Assembly: GCA_963748625.1 (NCBI GenBank)
Contig: CAVVJT010000010.1
Coordinates: 32,001 to 96,000 of the forward strand
Length of the DNA stretch: 64,000 nt
Direction of reading: 5' to 3'
Source: an uncultured Chloroflexia bacterium
Lineage (GTDB): Bacteria; Chloroflexota; Limnocylindria; Limnocylindrales; CSP1-4
Under the pieces are notes generated by a model. The model did not search any database. It had not been told where the DNA came from and saw only the letters and a list, made by a program, of their open reading frames with translations. Below, one piece after another: positions 1 through 10,511 of this stretch. Both the position numbers and the translations under genes were made by a program. Position 1 is the first letter of the stretch. Each line of letters starts with the position of its first letter.

Positions 1-76
1 GCCGTCGCGGTTCCTGCTCGAGGCGTTCGACCCCTGGGAGCTGCCTGGCGTCCGGCCCGACGACGTGGCCGCGTAG
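1..76 (+). CDS. 3' end of an upstream gene, possibly a UvrD/Rep-family helicase (partial)
   Basis: Frame from nt 2 reads PSRFLLEAFDPWELPGVRPDDVAA* (TAG 74-76); PSRFLxE is typical of SF1 helicase motif VI, but only 24 codons are visible. Confidence 0.35.
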   Translation, partial: PSRFLLEAFDPWELPGVRPDDVAA

Positions 77-86
77 ACTGCGCGCC

Positions 87-581
87 ATGACAGATCCCAA
101 CCGGACCCGCATTCCGTCGCTCGGCCCGCGGGGTGAGGGCTGGGTCGCCATCCAGTTCGTCCTGTTCGGGCTCATCGCGCTGGCCCCCATGGCCGACGGC
201 GGCGTCGTGCCGGACGGCGCGCGACCGGCGCTCACGCTCGTCGGGGTGTTCCTCGCGATCGTCGGCCTCGGGATCGCGGGCAAGGGCCTCGTCGACCTCC
301 GCGAGTCGCTCACGCCGCTCCCCCACCCACGCGACGACGCGGAGCTCGTTGAGACCGGCGTGTTCGGCCGCGTGCGCCACCCGATCTACGGCGGGCTGGT
401 GATCGGCGCCGTCGGCTGGAGCTGCATCTCGGGGTCCGTCGTGGCACTCGCGCTCAGCGGCGTCCTCCTGGTCTTCTTCCGGCTCAAGTCCGGGCGCGAG
501 GAGGCCTGGCTCCGGCAGCGCTACCCGGGGTACGAGGCATACGCCCGGCGCACGCGGCGGATGATCCCGTTCGTCTACTGA
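87..581 (+). CDS. Isoprenylcysteine carboxyl methyltransferase / PEMT-family membrane protein
   Basis: 164 aa, several TM helices, LVETGVFGRVRHPIYGG motif, EEAWL..YPGYEAY..RTRRMIP C-terminus. Confidence 0.85.
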   Translation: MTDPNRTRIPSLGPRGEGWVAIQFVLFGLIALAPMADGGVVPDGARPALTLVGVFLAIVGLGIAGKGLVDLRESLTPLPHPRDDAELVETGVFGRVRHPIYGGLVIGAVGWSCISGSVVALALSGVLLVFFRLKSGREEAWLRQRYPGYEAYARRTRRMIPFVY

Positions 582-653
582 CGGCCGTCGGGGCCGACGG
601 CGACCCGCGACGGGCTGGGCCGACGGCGACGGGCGACTGGCAGGAACGCCTGG

Positions 654-989
654 CTACCCGCCCACGTCGCGGCGGTTGAGCTCCTTGAGCAATCGGTCGA
701 TCGCGTCGAGGAACGGCTCGGTCGCCTCGGGCGGCAGCACGTCCCGGATGGAGTCCTTGGGGCCGTAGGCCGCGCGTGCCCGCATCGCGACCTTCCGCAG
801 GTCGGCAAGGCCCGCGTCCCGGAGCAGGTCCGGCATCGGCTCCACGTAGGCGATCCAGCGCGCATGCCCGCTGGCGCGTGCGGCGTCGACCATGCGGTCC
901 GCGGCGCGCGCAGCGGCAAGGGCGGCCTCGTCGATGTTCGGGCGCTCGTGGCGGGCAGGCCCTGACGACCCGTGTGCGGCCGGGCTCAC
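654..989 (-). CDS. Hypothetical protein (111 aa, predicted helical)
   Basis: Natural amino-acid composition; co-oriented downstream of the 1024-1455 gene and uvrA. Confidence 0.6.
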   Translation of the reverse strand: MSPAAHGSSGPARHERPNIDEAALAAARAADRMVDAARASGHARWIAYVEPMPDLLRDAGLADLRKVAMRARAAYGPKDSIRDVLPPEATEPFLDAIDRLLKELNRRDVGG

Positions 990-1032
990 GACCCAACCCC
1001 TGACGACCAGGATGTGGCCGGGCTCACGACCC
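960..1032. repeat. Imperfect direct repeat (35-bp copies, 38-bp period) at a gene junction
   Basis: ccctgacgacccgtgtgcggccgggctcacgaccc (960-994) vs ccctgacgaccaggatgtggccgggctcacgaccc (998-1032). Confidence 0.8.
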
Positions 1033-1455
1033 CGTGGCGGGCTGCTGCGCGTCCGCGGGTGGCTTGACCAGCACGAGGCCCAGGCGCTTGCGCTCGGACC
1101 CGTTCACGAGGATCCGGAAGGAGTAGTCACCGGGCGTCGGGAAGGTCAGGTTCCAGAGGTCGATCGAGAACGTCACGATCGCGTCCCGGGCATCGGGCTG
1201 GCTGCGCGCGACCAGGGCACCCGTGGCGCCGGTCACCTCGCCACCATCGGGATCGAGCAGGACGATCCGCAGCTCGTGCTCGCGCTCCGTCTCTGGCGCC
1301 GTGACCAGCAGGCCGACCACGAGCGCGAGGTGGGGATGGCGCAGCGGGAAGGTCCGCCCGCCGATGCGGGTGATCCCGCCGCCGAGCACGTGGAACTTGT
1401 GGCCAGGCTGGGTCTCGGCGGCGTCCGCAAGGAAGGCGTAGTCGATCTCGGGCAT
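1024..1455 (-). CDS. DUF6941-like beta-sandwich hypothetical protein
   Basis: IDYAFLADAA...GKFHVLGGG-like start...FPTPGDYSFRILVNG pattern; TACGAT -10 six nt upstream of the ATG. Confidence 0.7.
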   Translation of the reverse strand: MPEIDYAFLADAAETQPGHKFHVLGGGITRIGGRTFPLRHPHLALVVGLLVTAPETEREHELRIVLLDPDGGEVTGATGALVARSQPDARDAIVTFSIDLWNLTFPTPGDYSFRILVNGSERKRLGLVLVKPPADAQQPATGS

Positions 1456-1514
1456 AGCGCCATCGTAGCCCCGGTCGCTCCGTGGTGGTGGAACCGCGTG
1501 CCTTACAGTGACCC

Positions 1515-4500
1515 TTACCGTTCTCCGGCGGATCTCGCCGCGGCAACCCGCTTGCGCGCCCTCGCGACACCGGGGTCCGGTGCCTCGGCGAGATGCTCTC
1601 CGCCAACACCCGGCCGACCGGCCTCTTCGGCGAAGGTGACGTGGCTCAGCGGCACGAGCGGCTCACCCCGCAGGACCCGCGCGAGGTACTCCCCCGTCGC
1701 TGAGCCCTCGGTGGCGCCGACGGTCTCCGGCGTTCCCTCCGCGATCACGCGGCCGCCGCGGTGCCCGCCCTCGGGTCCGAGGTCCACGATCCAGTCCGCG
1801 GTCTTGATCACGTCGAGGTTGTGCTCGATCACGAGCACGGTGTTGCCGTTGTCCACGAGCCGGTGGAGGACGTGGAGCAGCTTGTCCACATCGGCGAAGT
1901 GAAGTCCGGTCGTGGGCTCGTCGAGCAGGTAGAGGGTCTTGCCCGTGGCACGCTTCGAGAGCTCCGTGGCCAGCTTCACGCGCTGCGCCTCACCACCCGA
2001 GAGCGTGGTCGCCGGCTGGCCGAGGTGGACGTAGCCGAGGCCCACGTCGAACAGGGTCTGCAGCTTGTTCTTCACCGTTGGCACGGCGCTGAAGAACTCG
2101 TTCGCCTCCTCCACCGTCATCTCCAGGACGTCAGCGATGGTGCGGCCCTTGTAGTGGATCTCGAGCGCCTCGCGGCCGTAGCGCTTGCCCTTGCAGATCT
2201 CGCACGGCACGTAGACGTCCGGCAGGAACTGCATCTCGATCTTGATGATCCCGTCGCCCTTGCAGTTCTCGCAGCGGCCGCCCTTCACGTTGAAGCTGAA
2301 GCGGCCGGGCATGTAGCCGCGGACCCTGGCCTCGGGCGTGCCGGCGAACAGCTCCCGGATGGGGCCGAACAGGCCGACGTAGGTGGCCGGATTCGACCGC
2401 GGCGTGCGCCCGATGGGGCTCTGGTCGATCTCGATGATCTTGTCGATGTGCTCGACGCCCAGCACCTGGTCGTGCGCGCCGACCGGCGCGCGAGAACCCG
2501 TGAGGTCGCGAGCAAGCGCCCGGTACAGCACCTCGTCCACGAGCGTGGACTTGCCGGAGCCAGAGACACCCGTCACCGCGATGAACGTGCCCAGGGGGAA
2601 GTCCACGTCCACGCCCTGGAGGTTGTGCTCGCGCGCGCCGCGGACGGACAGCTTCTTCCCGTTGCCGTGCCGCCGCTCCTCCGGCACGGCGACGGCACGC
2701 TCACCGCGCAGGAAGGCGCCGGTGATGGAGCGGGGTTCCGCCAGCACGGCTTCAAGGGGGCCGTTCGCGATGATCTCGCCGCCGTGCTCACCTGCGCCCG
2801 GCCCGATGTCGATCACCCAGTCAGCCGTGCGAATGGTCTCCTCGTCGTGCTCCACGACCAGCACCGTGTTGCCGAGGTCGCGCAGGCGCGTGAGCGTGGC
2901 GATGAGCTTGGCATTGTCCCGCTGGTGGAGCCCGATCGACGGCTCGTCGAGGATGTAGAGGACACCCATGAGCGTGGTGCCGATCTGGGTGGCCAGCCGG
3001 ATCCGCTGCGCCTCCCCGCCGGACAGGCTGATCGATGCCCGGTCGAGCGTCAGGTAGTCCAGGCCCACGTCCACGAGGAAGCCGAGCCGGGCGGTGATCT
3101 CCTTGAGGACCTGTCGCGCGATGGTCGCCTCGCGCTCGGTCACCGTGTCGGCCAGCCCGGTCGCCCAGTCGAGCGCGTCGGTCACCGACATCCCGCTCAC
3201 GTCGGCGACGTTGCGCCCGTTGACAGTGACCGCGAGCACCTCTGGCCGAAGGCGCCTGCCGCGGCACGACGGGCACGGCTTCTGGACCATGAACTTCTCG
3301 AGCTCGGTCCGGATGTACTCGGACTCGGTCTCCTTGTACCGGCGCTCGAGGTTGGTGACCACGCCCTCGAACGTGGCGACGTAGCTGTTCTCGCCCCGCT
3401 CGTGCTTGTAGCGCACGACCACCTTCTCGTCCTTGGGTGCGTACAGCAGGAACTCCAGCGCCTCGGGCGGCAGATCGCTCACTGGGGTGCTCGTGCTCCA
3501 GCCGCGGCTCGCGAACACCGCGTCCGTGATCTTCATGCGCCACGAGATCTCGGTAGGCATCTTGTTCCACGGGGCCAGGGCGCCGGCGCGGATGCTCTTG
3601 GAGTGGTCCGGCATGACGAGGCCCGGGTCCATGACGAGCTGGCTGCCGAGGCCCGTGCAGGTGGCACAGGCGCCGTGCGGCGAGTTGAAGGAGAAGGAGC
3701 GCGGCTCCAACTCGTCGATCGTGGTGCCGTCGTGCGGGCAGGAGTAGCGCTCGCTGAAGCGGCGCTCCTCGAAGGCCGGCGCCTCGCCCTCGCGCGGCAC
3801 GGGGGCGACCATCACGACGCCCTCGCCAAGCCGCAACGCCGTCTCCACGGAGTCCGCGAGGCGCGAGGTGTCCGGGTCCGGCAGGGTGGCGCCCGTCGCC
3901 GGGTCGATCGGTCGGCCCAGGTCGTCGCGCACCCACTCCTCGGGCGCCTCGGCGCGGCGGACGACGAACCGGTCTACCACGACCTCGATCGTGTGACGCT
4001 TGTACTTGTCGAGCGTGGGCGCCTCGGACAGGTCGTACTGGACACCGTCGACGCGGACGCGGACGAAGCCCTGCTTGCGGGCGGCCTCGAAGACGCGGTC
4101 CCCCTCGGTCTTGCGGTCCTTGATGAGCGGGCCGAGCACCAGCAGGCGCGTCCCCTCGGCGAGCGCGAGGACCTGGTCCACGATCTGGCTCACCGTCTGG
4201 CGCTCGATCTCGCGGCCGCAGTTGGGGCAGTGCGGGTGGCCGATGCGCGCGAACAGGAGGCGCAGGTAGTCGTAGATCTCCGTGACCGTGCCGACGGTGG
4301 ACCTGGGGTTCTTTGACGCGCCCTTCTGGTCGATGGAGATGGCGGGCGAGAGCCCGTCGATCTGGTCGACGTCGGGCTTCTCCATCTGGCCCAGGAACTG
4401 CCGGGCGTAGGCGCTGAGGCTCTCGACGTAGCGGCGCTGGCCCTCGGCGTAGATCGTGTCGAACGCGAGGCTGGACTTGCCGCTCCCGGACAGGCCGGTG

Positions 4501-4592
4501 ATCACGATCAGCCGGTCACGCGGGAACGTGACGGAGACGTTCTTGAGGTTGTGCTCGCGCGCGCCGCGCACGACGATCCGATCCTGGGGCAC
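1515..4592 (-). CDS. uvrA: Excinuclease ABC subunit A
   Basis: GAREHNLKN, two Walker A motifs ([18 protein letters not shown]), LSGGEAQR signatures, CxxC zinc fingers; 1025 aa. Confidence 0.98.
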   Translation of the reverse strand: MPQDRIVVRGAREHNLKNVSVTFPRDRLIVITGLSGSGKSSLAFDTIYAEGQRRYVESLSAYARQFLGQMEKPDVDQIDGLSPAISIDQKGASKNPRSTVGTVTEIYDYLRLLFARIGHPHCPNCGREIERQTVSQIVDQVLALAEGTRLLVLGPLIKDRKTEGDRVFEAARKQGFVRVRVDGVQYDLSEAPTLDKYKRHTIEVVVDRFVVRRAEAPEEWVRDDLGRPIDPATGATLPDPDTSRLADSVETALRLGEGVVMVAPVPREGEAPAFEERRFSERYSCPHDGTTIDELEPRSFSFNSPHGACATCTGLGSQLVMDPGLVMPDHSKSIRAGALAPWNKMPTEISWRMKITDAVFASRGWSTSTPVSDLPPEALEFLLYAPKDEKVVVRYKHERGENSYVATFEGVVTNLERRYKETESEYIRTELEKFMVQKPCPSCRGRRLRPEVLAVTVNGRNVADVSGMSVTDALDWATGLADTVTEREATIARQVLKEITARLGFLVDVGLDYLTLDRASISLSGGEAQRIRLATQIGTTLMGVLYILDEPSIGLHQRDNAKLIATLTRLRDLGNTVLVVEHDEETIRTADWVIDIGPGAGEHGGEIIANGPLEAVLAEPRSITGAFLRGERAVAVPEERRHGNGKKLSVRGAREHNLQGVDVDFPLGTFIAVTGVSGSGKSTLVDEVLYRALARDLTGSRAPVGAHDQVLGVEHIDKIIEIDQSPIGRTPRSNPATYVGLFGPIRELFAGTPEARVRGYMPGRFSFNVKGGRCENCKGDGIIKIEMQFLPDVYVPCEICKGKRYGREALEIHYKGRTIADVLEMTVEEANEFFSAVPTVKNKLQTLFDVGLGYVHLGQPATTLSGGEAQRVKLATELSKRATGKTLYLLDEPTTGLHFADVDKLLHVLHRLVDNGNTVLVIEHNLDVIKTADWIVDLGPEGGHRGGRVIAEGTPETVGATEGSATGEYLARVLRGEPLVPLSHVTFAEEAGRPGVGGEHLAEAPDPGVARARKRVAAARSAGER

Positions 4593-4620
4593 GGGTGCAG
4601 TCTACCCGAACTGCAGCAAA

Positions 4621-4636
4621 TAGAACAACCGTTCTA
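4621..4636. promoter_or_regulatory. LexA (SOS) box upstream of uvrA
   Basis: TAGAAC-AACC-GTTCTA matches the Gram-positive/Chloroflexota GAAC-N4-GTTC box; lies in the -35 region of a promoter with -10 TAGACT (4599-4604, minus strand). Confidence 0.85.
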
Positions 4637-4716
4637 GGGGTGCCCGACCGGCTCCCGGATGCGCGGCTCCCGTCCCGGATGCGCGGCCAGCGTTCATAAG
4701 GGCGGGTGCCCTGCGA

Positions 4717-4902
4717 TCAGGCCGGGCGGGTGGTGCAGCCGCACATCGACGCCAGGACGGCCAGCCAGCCGAGGATGATGCCAAGGACGATCGCACCGAC
4801 CCACGCAGCGCCCCTGGTCCAGTCGCGCGTCTGCAGCGGTACCTCTTCGCTCGTCTTGGTCGGCCCGGTCGGCCCGGTCGGCTCGTGCGCGAGGTTGTCC
4901 AT
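4717..4902 (-). CDS. Small single-pass membrane protein (61 aa)
   Basis: MDNLAHEP...GAAWVGAIVLGIILGWLAVLASMCGC; purine-rich RBS-like sequence upstream; fills the gap between lipoprotein and uvrA. Confidence 0.55.
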   Translation of the reverse strand: MDNLAHEPTGPTGPTKTSEEVPLQTRDWTRGAAWVGAIVLGIILGWLAVLASMCGCTTRPA

Positions 4903-4922
4903 GCCTGCCCCTCGACGTGCAG

Positions 4923-5489
4923 TCAGGGGGCCGCGAGGTCGGACTGGCAGATCTTCCACGCGCCGTCCTCGCGGACCAGGCTGATCACCTCGTCCACGGG
5001 AAGGTCGGACCCGTAGGCCTCGAGCGAGTCCAGCAGGGCGCTCAACTGGTCGTCGGTCATCGTCGTGCCGTTCTGCTCCAGCAGCGCGGCGAGAATCGGG
5101 CGCATCGCCTCCTTGTCGAAGGTGATCTTCACGGTGCCCACGACCGGCACCTCGGCGCTGTCGCCGTCGACCACAGCCTCACCTGCGTCGAGCTCCTGCA
5201 CGTCCACCCGGACCGCGTCGAGCAGCCCCTGCATGTCGAGGCCGGGCAGCAGCGCTCCCGCATCGAGCGCACCGGTCATGCCGAGCTGGTCCGCGATCAT
5301 CTCCTCCTGCCCCGCACAGGCGAGGCCACGGAGTGCCTCGAGGTCCTTCTTGGCGGCGAGGTCGATCGCCTCCTTGACGACCCCTGCAGGGCTGTCGGAC
5401 GGCGCGGATGGCGCGCAGGCGGCCAGCGTGGCGACCACAGCGAACACGGCAGCGGCGAGACGGAGCGGGCGGATGACGGAGGAGCGCAT
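4923..5489 (-). CDS. Putative lipoprotein (NTF2/DUF4878-like)
   Basis: Signal peptide with LAAC lipobox; C-terminal LVREDGAWKIC motif; TAGGCT -10 six nt upstream. Confidence 0.75.
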   Translation of the reverse strand: MRSSVIRPLRLAAAVFAVVATLAACAPSAPSDSPAGVVKEAIDLAAKKDLEALRGLACAGQEEMIADQLGMTGALDAGALLPGLDMQGLLDAVRVDVQELDAGEAVVDGDSAEVPVVGTVKITFDKEAMRPILAALLEQNGTTMTDDQLSALLDSLEAYGSDLPVDEVISLVREDGAWKICQSDLAAP

Positions 5490-5533
5490 GGCCGAAGCCT
5501 ACCCGCGCAGCCCGATCAGTGCCGGGGATGTGA

Positions 5534-6718
5534 TCAGTGCCGCCTGCGGGGCCGGTACATCGCGTTGGGGTCCGGCAGGAACCCGAGCTTCTCATACCAG
5601 CCGGTGAGCCCGGGCGCCGACGTGAGCGAGAACCGGACCTGGTCCCACTCGTCCGTCAGGAGGTGGACCATCCGCTCCCCCACCCCGAGGCCCTGGTACG
5701 CCGGGTGCACGACAACCGTGGCGATCAGGGCGTTCTGGCCGCCGTCCGAGAGCGAGCGCGCCGTCCCGATGAGCCGCTCCCCGTCCCACGCAGTCGCGAA
5801 TTCGGTCGTCCCGTCGATCGCCTTCTGGAGCGACGCGGGCTCCGATGCACGCATGTCCCAGCCGACCGAGCGCAACAGCCCGACCACGGACGCCGCGTCG
5901 GGAACGCGGTCCAGGCGGACGTCGATCCGGTCCCGTGTCCCGTCCGCCCGGACGAGTCGTCGCTGGAGCTCCCAGAGGTGGTCGAACCCGTGCGCCTGCA
6001 TCCGCCGGAGCACCTTGGCGAGCGTCCACGACTCCCCGTGCCGGTCCCACGCAGGCACGCCGTCGTCAGCGAGGCCGAGGACCACCAGCCGTTCCACGGC
6101 GAAGGCATGCGCGCCCTCGAGCATCGCTCGCACGTCGCTCCCGCGCAGCGGGCCATCGTATTGGCCGCCCGCCGGGAGGCGCCCGACCAGCCACGCGTCC
6201 GCCCGTGCCACGTGGCGCAACACCTCGGCCGCGGACCGCTCGCCCACGGCTGCATCGACCGGCAGCGGCCCGTGCGCCGCCTCGTGCGCGGCGATCCGCT
6301 CCGCCATGGCCAGCACGTCGTCGCGGGCCCACGCCAGGCGGCGGACGGCAGCAGCGACCGCCTCCTGCGTCACGCGGGTGTGGTCCGGCGGCAGCATCGC
6401 CCCGATCTCGTAGCCGTCCGCCTCGTGGCGCGCCTCCACCTCGCCCACCACCTCCGAGCGGCGGATGCGCGATATCCCGGCGTCGTCGCCGCGGGCCTCG
6501 AGCCACTCGCGGTAGCGGCCCGCCGCCGTCAGCGCGAGCGACAGCACGCGATCCCTGGTCCCCGCCCCCACCACGATGGGGAGATCCGCGAGCCAGCCGC
6601 CCATGCGCCCGTCGCGGCCGGACTCCAGCCACACGCCCACTGGCGCGAACCGGTCCAGCGTGGGCGAGGGCTCGCCGAGGGCGTCCTCGGTGACGTCGGG
6701 CTCGTACGTGCCGGGCAT
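5534..6718 (-). CDS. Fusion protein: HicB-like N-domain + DinB-like helical domain + GNAT acetyltransferase
   Basis: Start set at MPGTYEP just after the uvrB stop. GWLADLP..GAGTRD (HicB-like), EVLRHVARAD..WTLAKVLRRM..HGFDH (DinB-like), VVVHPAYQGLGVG and WYEKLGF (GNAT). Confidence 0.75.
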   Translation of the reverse strand: MPGTYEPDVTEDALGEPSPTLDRFAPVGVWLESGRDGRMGGWLADLPIVVGAGTRDRVLSLALTAAGRYREWLEARGDDAGISRIRRSEVVGEVEARHEADGYEIGAMLPPDHTRVTQEAVAAAVRRLAWARDDVLAMAERIAAHEAAHGPLPVDAAVGERSAAEVLRHVARADAWLVGRLPAGGQYDGPLRGSDVRAMLEGAHAFAVERLVVLGLADDGVPAWDRHGESWTLAKVLRRMQAHGFDHLWELQRRLVRADGTRDRIDVRLDRVPDAASVVGLLRSVGWDMRASEPASLQKAIDGTTEFATAWDGERLIGTARSLSDGGQNALIATVVVHPAYQGLGVGERMVHLLTDEWDQVRFSLTSAPGLTGWYEKLGFLPDPNAMYRPRRRH

Positions 6719-6729
6719 ACGGGGGTCTT

Positions 6730-9087
6730 TCAGTAGCCGCGCGCGCGGCGGTTGGGCCGGGAGCCCGTGCGCTTGCGGATGTTCGGCGTGACGGTCACAT
6801 CCCACGTCGGACGGTCCAGCCAGCGCGCCTGCCAGCCGGCGGCGTCCTCGTCGTCGTGCTCGTCGCGGATCCCCGGGAACAGGTCCGTGGCCACGCCCGA
6901 CGTGCCCGGCTCCTCGCCCGCAGGCAGGACCGTGACCTCGGTGACCTCCAGGGTCTGGGCGTCGTGGTCGTGGCCGGCGTGACCGCCGCGACCGCCCTTG
7001 CCGCCCGGGCGGTGGGCCGCCGCGCGCTCCTTGGCCGGCAGGAGCGCATCCTTCGCCGCCCGCTCGGCCGCCCGCGCAACCACGACCGACGCGTCCTGCT
7101 CGAGCACGCGCAGCCGGATCTGCTGGATCTCGTCGCGGATGGCAGCCGCCCGCTCGAACTCGAGCTCCTTGGCGGCGGCCTTCATCTCGGCCTCCATCTT
7201 CGCCACGAGCCGCTCGACCTCGGCCTTGTCGGCGGCGGCCAGGGTCGCCGCCCGGCGTTCCGAGGTATAGACGACGGTCTTCTCGGCGACGGCCCGCAGC
7301 CGGTCGTTGATGTCGTGGATGCCCTTGATGATGGTCATCGGCTCGATGCCGTGATCGATGTTGTGCTGCACCTGGACGGCTCGCCGGCGGTCCGTCTCGT
7401 CGATGGCGACCCGCATCGACTCCGTGACGGTGTCGGCGTACATGATCACCTCGCCGCCGGTGTTGCGCGCCGCCCGCCCGATCATCTGGATCAGCGACCA
7501 GGCGCTGCGCAGGAAGCCCTCCTTGTCCGCATCGAGGATTGCCATCAGGGTCACCTCGGGCAGGTCCAGGCCCTCGCGCAGGAGGTTGATGCCCACGAGG
7601 ACGTCGTACACGCCCAGGCGCAGGTCGCGCAGGATCGCGACGCGCTCGAGCGTGTCCACCTCGGAGTGGAGGTACTGGACCTTGATGCCCAGCTCCTTGA
7701 GGTAGTCCGCCAGGTCCTCGGCCATCTTCTTGGTCAGGGTGGTGACGAGGGCCCGCTCGCCCTTCTCCACGCGCTTGCGGATCTCCTCGAGCAGGTCGTC
7801 GATCTGGTGGGCCGTGGGGCGGACGGTGATCGGCGGGTCCACGATGCCCGTGGGCCGGATGAGCTGCTCGACGATCTGCTCGCTCTTCTCATGCTCGTAT
7901 GGGCCCGGCGTGGCGGAGACGTAGATCGCCTGGTTGACGTGGACCTCGAACTCCTCGAACGTCAGCGGCCGGTTGTCCAGCGCCGACGGCAGGCGGAAGC
8001 CGAAGTCGACCAGGATCTCCTTGCGGGTCCGGTCGTTCTTGTACATGCCCACGACCTGGGGGATGGTCATGTGGCTCTCGTCCACGATGAGCAGCCAGTC
8101 CGGCGGGAAGTAGTCGAGCAGGGTCCACGGCCTGCTGCCGGGCTCGCGCTGGGACAGGTGGCGGCTGTAGTTCTCGACGCCCGAGCAGTACCCGAGCTCC
8201 CGCAGCATCTCGAGGTCGAACGTGGTCCGCTGGCGCAGGCGCGCAGCCTCGAGCGCGCGGCCCTCCGCTTCCATCTGGCCGACCCGGAGCTCCATCTCCT
8301 CCTCGATGGAGGCGACGGCCGCGCCGAGCTTGTCCTTGGGCGTCACGAAGTGCGTGGCCGGGAAGACGTTGAGCTCCTTGCGCTCCGCGAGCAGCTCGCC
8401 GGTCAGTGGGTCGATCTCGGTGATCCGCTCGACCTCGTCACCGAAGAACTCCACCCGGACGACGATCTCCGAACTGGCCGGGCCGATCTCCAGGGTGTCG
8501 CCGCGGACCCGGAAGCGGGCCCGGCTCAGGGCGGCATCGTTGCGCTGGTACTGGAGGTCCACGAGGTGCCGCAGCACGGCGTCCCGCCGGTACTGGCCGC
8601 CGGTCCGCAGCCGCAGGACCGTGGCGCCGTAGTCCACGGGCGCCCCGAGGCCGTAGATGCACGACACCGACGCCACGATGATCACATCCCGTCGCTCGAA
8701 GAGCGCGTGGGTGGCCGCGTGCCGCAGCCGGTCGATCTCCTCGTTGCGGCTGGAGTCCTTCTCGATGTACGTGTCCGACCGGGGAAGGTATGCCTCGGGC
8801 TGGTAGTAGTCGAAGTAGGAGACGAAGTACTCGACGGCGTTGTCGGGGAAGAACTCCCGGAACTCCGAGTACAGCTGGGCGGCCAGGGTCTTGTTGTGGG
8901 CCAGGACAAGCGTGGGCTTCTGGTGCCGGACGATGGTCTCGGCCATCGTGAAGGTCTTGCCACTGCCCGTGACGCCCAGCAGCGTCTGGTGGCGCTGCCC
9001 GCGCGATAGCCCGCCCACGAGGCGTTCGATCGCCTGCGGCTGGTCGCCGGTGGGCTCGAAGGGGGCGACAAGGCGGAAGTCCGGCAC
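6730..9087 (-). CDS. uvrB: Excinuclease ABC subunit B
   Basis: [49 protein letters not shown]-terminal UVR domain FERAAAIRD, plus a long extra tail. Confidence 0.98.
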   Translation of the reverse strand: MPDFRLVAPFEPTGDQPQAIERLVGGLSRGQRHQTLLGVTGSGKTFTMAETIVRHQKPTLVLAHNKTLAAQLYSEFREFFPDNAVEYFVSYFDYYQPEAYLPRSDTYIEKDSSRNEEIDRLRHAATHALFERRDVIIVASVSCIYGLGAPVDYGATVLRLRTGGQYRRDAVLRHLVDLQYQRNDAALSRARFRVRGDTLEIGPASSEIVVRVEFFGDEVERITEIDPLTGELLAERKELNVFPATHFVTPKDKLGAAVASIEEEMELRVGQMEAEGRALEAARLRQRTTFDLEMLRELGYCSGVENYSRHLSQREPGSRPWTLLDYFPPDWLLIVDESHMTIPQVVGMYKNDRTRKEILVDFGFRLPSALDNRPLTFEEFEVHVNQAIYVSATPGPYEHEKSEQIVEQLIRPTGIVDPPITVRPTAHQIDDLLEEIRKRVEKGERALVTTLTKKMAEDLADYLKELGIKVQYLHSEVDTLERVAILRDLRLGVYDVLVGINLLREGLDLPEVTLMAILDADKEGFLRSAWSLIQMIGRAARNTGGEVIMYADTVTESMRVAIDETDRRRAVQVQHNIDHGIEPMTIIKGIHDINDRLRAVAEKTVVYTSERRAATLAAADKAEVERLVAKMEAEMKAAAKELEFERAAAIRDEIQQIRLRVLEQDASVVVARAAERAAKDALLPAKERAAAHRPGGKGGRGGHAGHDHDAQTLEVTEVTVLPAGEEPGTSGVATDLFPGIRDEHDDEDAAGWQARWLDRPTWDVTVTPNIRKRTGSRPNRRARGY

Positions 9088-9117
9088 GGGCCGATGCTAC
9101 CACGCGGGCACCCATAT

Positions 9118-9131
9118 CGAACAGACGTTCG
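9118..9131. promoter_or_regulatory. LexA (SOS) box upstream of uvrB
   Basis: CGAAC-AGAC-GTTCG, a perfect Cheo-type box, same position relative to the -10 (TAGCAT 9094-9099, minus) as at uvrA. Confidence 0.9.
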
Positions 9132-9347
9132 CAACCACCGTACGGTCTCATGGGCGGTCGCACTGGTACGGATGGGTACTGACGAAGCCGCACGCAACCG
9201 GGCAACGTGCGTGGTGGCACCGGGCCTCCCCAGGTGCCCTCACGGCCCGCCCGCGGTCAGGCGGCGGTGCCGGCGCCCAGCACACGGCCGGAGTGGGCGC
9301 GGCAGGAGACGGCCGCCGCGCATGTGGCCCACCCGGGAGGTTGATCG

Positions 9348-10328
9348 ATGGAGATGGAGTACAAGGACCCGTCCAAGCGCGGGCGGTTCATCGTCCTCCT
9401 TGGCCTGGTCCTGGCGATCGTCGCCGGCGGGGCCGCCTTCTACCTCGTGAACAACGCGACGAACACGGCCAAGCAGCAAGGCGCCGCCGTTGTCTCCGGC
9501 TATGTCGCCGCCGTCGCCATCCCGGCCGGCAAGCCGCTGGCCAAGGAGCAGATCGTCCTTCGCACGGACATCCCGGCGTCGATGGTGGACCCCACCCTCC
9601 TGTTCACGAAGGAGGAGGAGATCGTGGGCCTGCCGCTCGCGATCGCCGTCCCCACCGGCCAGATCCTCACCCGCAACATGCTTGGCGCAGCGACCGCCGG
9701 CCTGGAGTTCACGATCCTCGACCCCCTCGAGACCGTCGCGCCCGACGCCGAGGCGTGGCGCGCGGTGTCCATCTCTGTCCCCGATGACCGGGCCGTCGGT
9801 GGCGTGCTCGGGCCGCGGATGAAGGTGGACATCATGGTCACCTCCGCGGTCGCGGCCCCCTTCACCGAGGCTGCTGCTGTACCGAACGACCCGGCAGCCA
9901 CGCCCCGCCCGACGCCGAGGCCGACCGCCTACTACACCGACGGTGTCGGGAGCAAGATCACCTACCAGGGCATGCAGATCCTGACCCGTAACGGCACGTT
10001 CTACGTGCTGAAGGTGCCGCTCCGGGTGGCCGAGGAGCTCGCCCACCTGCAGACCGACGGGGCCGTCTGGTTCACGCTCATGCTGCGACCCGAACAGGAC
10101 ACGCGGATCCTGGATGCGTCGACGCTCGGCGCGACGACCAGCCGGATCATCGAACGGTACGGCCTGCCGCTGGTGGAGCAGTTCCCTGCCCCGGGCCAGT
10201 CGCCACGCACGAACCCGCCGATCCCCGAGCTGACCCCGCCGCCGTCCCCGACGCCCGCCCCGGCCGATGGTGGCGCGGCATCGCCCGCCGCTCCGACGCC
10301 CGCTCCAACGGCCTCGCCCGCAGGCTGA
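9348..10328 (+). CDS. Flp pilus assembly CpaB/RcpC-like protein (SAF domain)
   Basis: N-terminal TM helix, SAF-like VAAVAIPAGKPL...VPTGQIL, RAVSISV..DRAVGGVLGP..KVDI; Pro-rich tail; GGAGG RBS. Confidence 0.75.
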   Translation: MEMEYKDPSKRGRFIVLLGLVLAIVAGGAAFYLVNNATNTAKQQGAAVVSGYVAAVAIPAGKPLAKEQIVLRTDIPASMVDPTLLFTKEEEIVGLPLAIAVPTGQILTRNMLGAATAGLEFTILDPLETVAPDAEAWRAVSISVPDDRAVGGVLGPRMKVDIMVTSAVAAPFTEAAAVPNDPAATPRPTPRPTAYYTDGVGSKITYQGMQILTRNGTFYVLKVPLRVAEELAHLQTDGAVWFTLMLRPEQDTRILDASTLGATTSRIIERYGLPLVEQFPAPGQSPRTNPPIPELTPPPSPTPAPADGGAASPAAPTPAPTASPAG

Positions 10329-10465
10329 CTCCGCTGGACGTCGATGGGGTCGGCCCAGCCGCCTCCGCCGCCCGACGCTGACACCGCAGGACGCCACCCG
10401 ACGCTGACACCGCCAGGCGCCTTCCGCCGACTCCATCGCGCGCTGCTGACCCGGCGCGCCTCCCA

Positions 10466-10496
10466 CCGCCCGGCCGGGCTCTGCCCGGCCGGGCGG
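10466..10496. terminator. Perfect 14-bp GC hairpin between convergent genes (putative bidirectional terminator)
   Basis: ccgcccggccgggc-tct-gcccggccgggcgg; no U-tract. Confidence 0.6.
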
Positions 10497-10511
10497 CTCC
10501 GTGTCCTGCGT

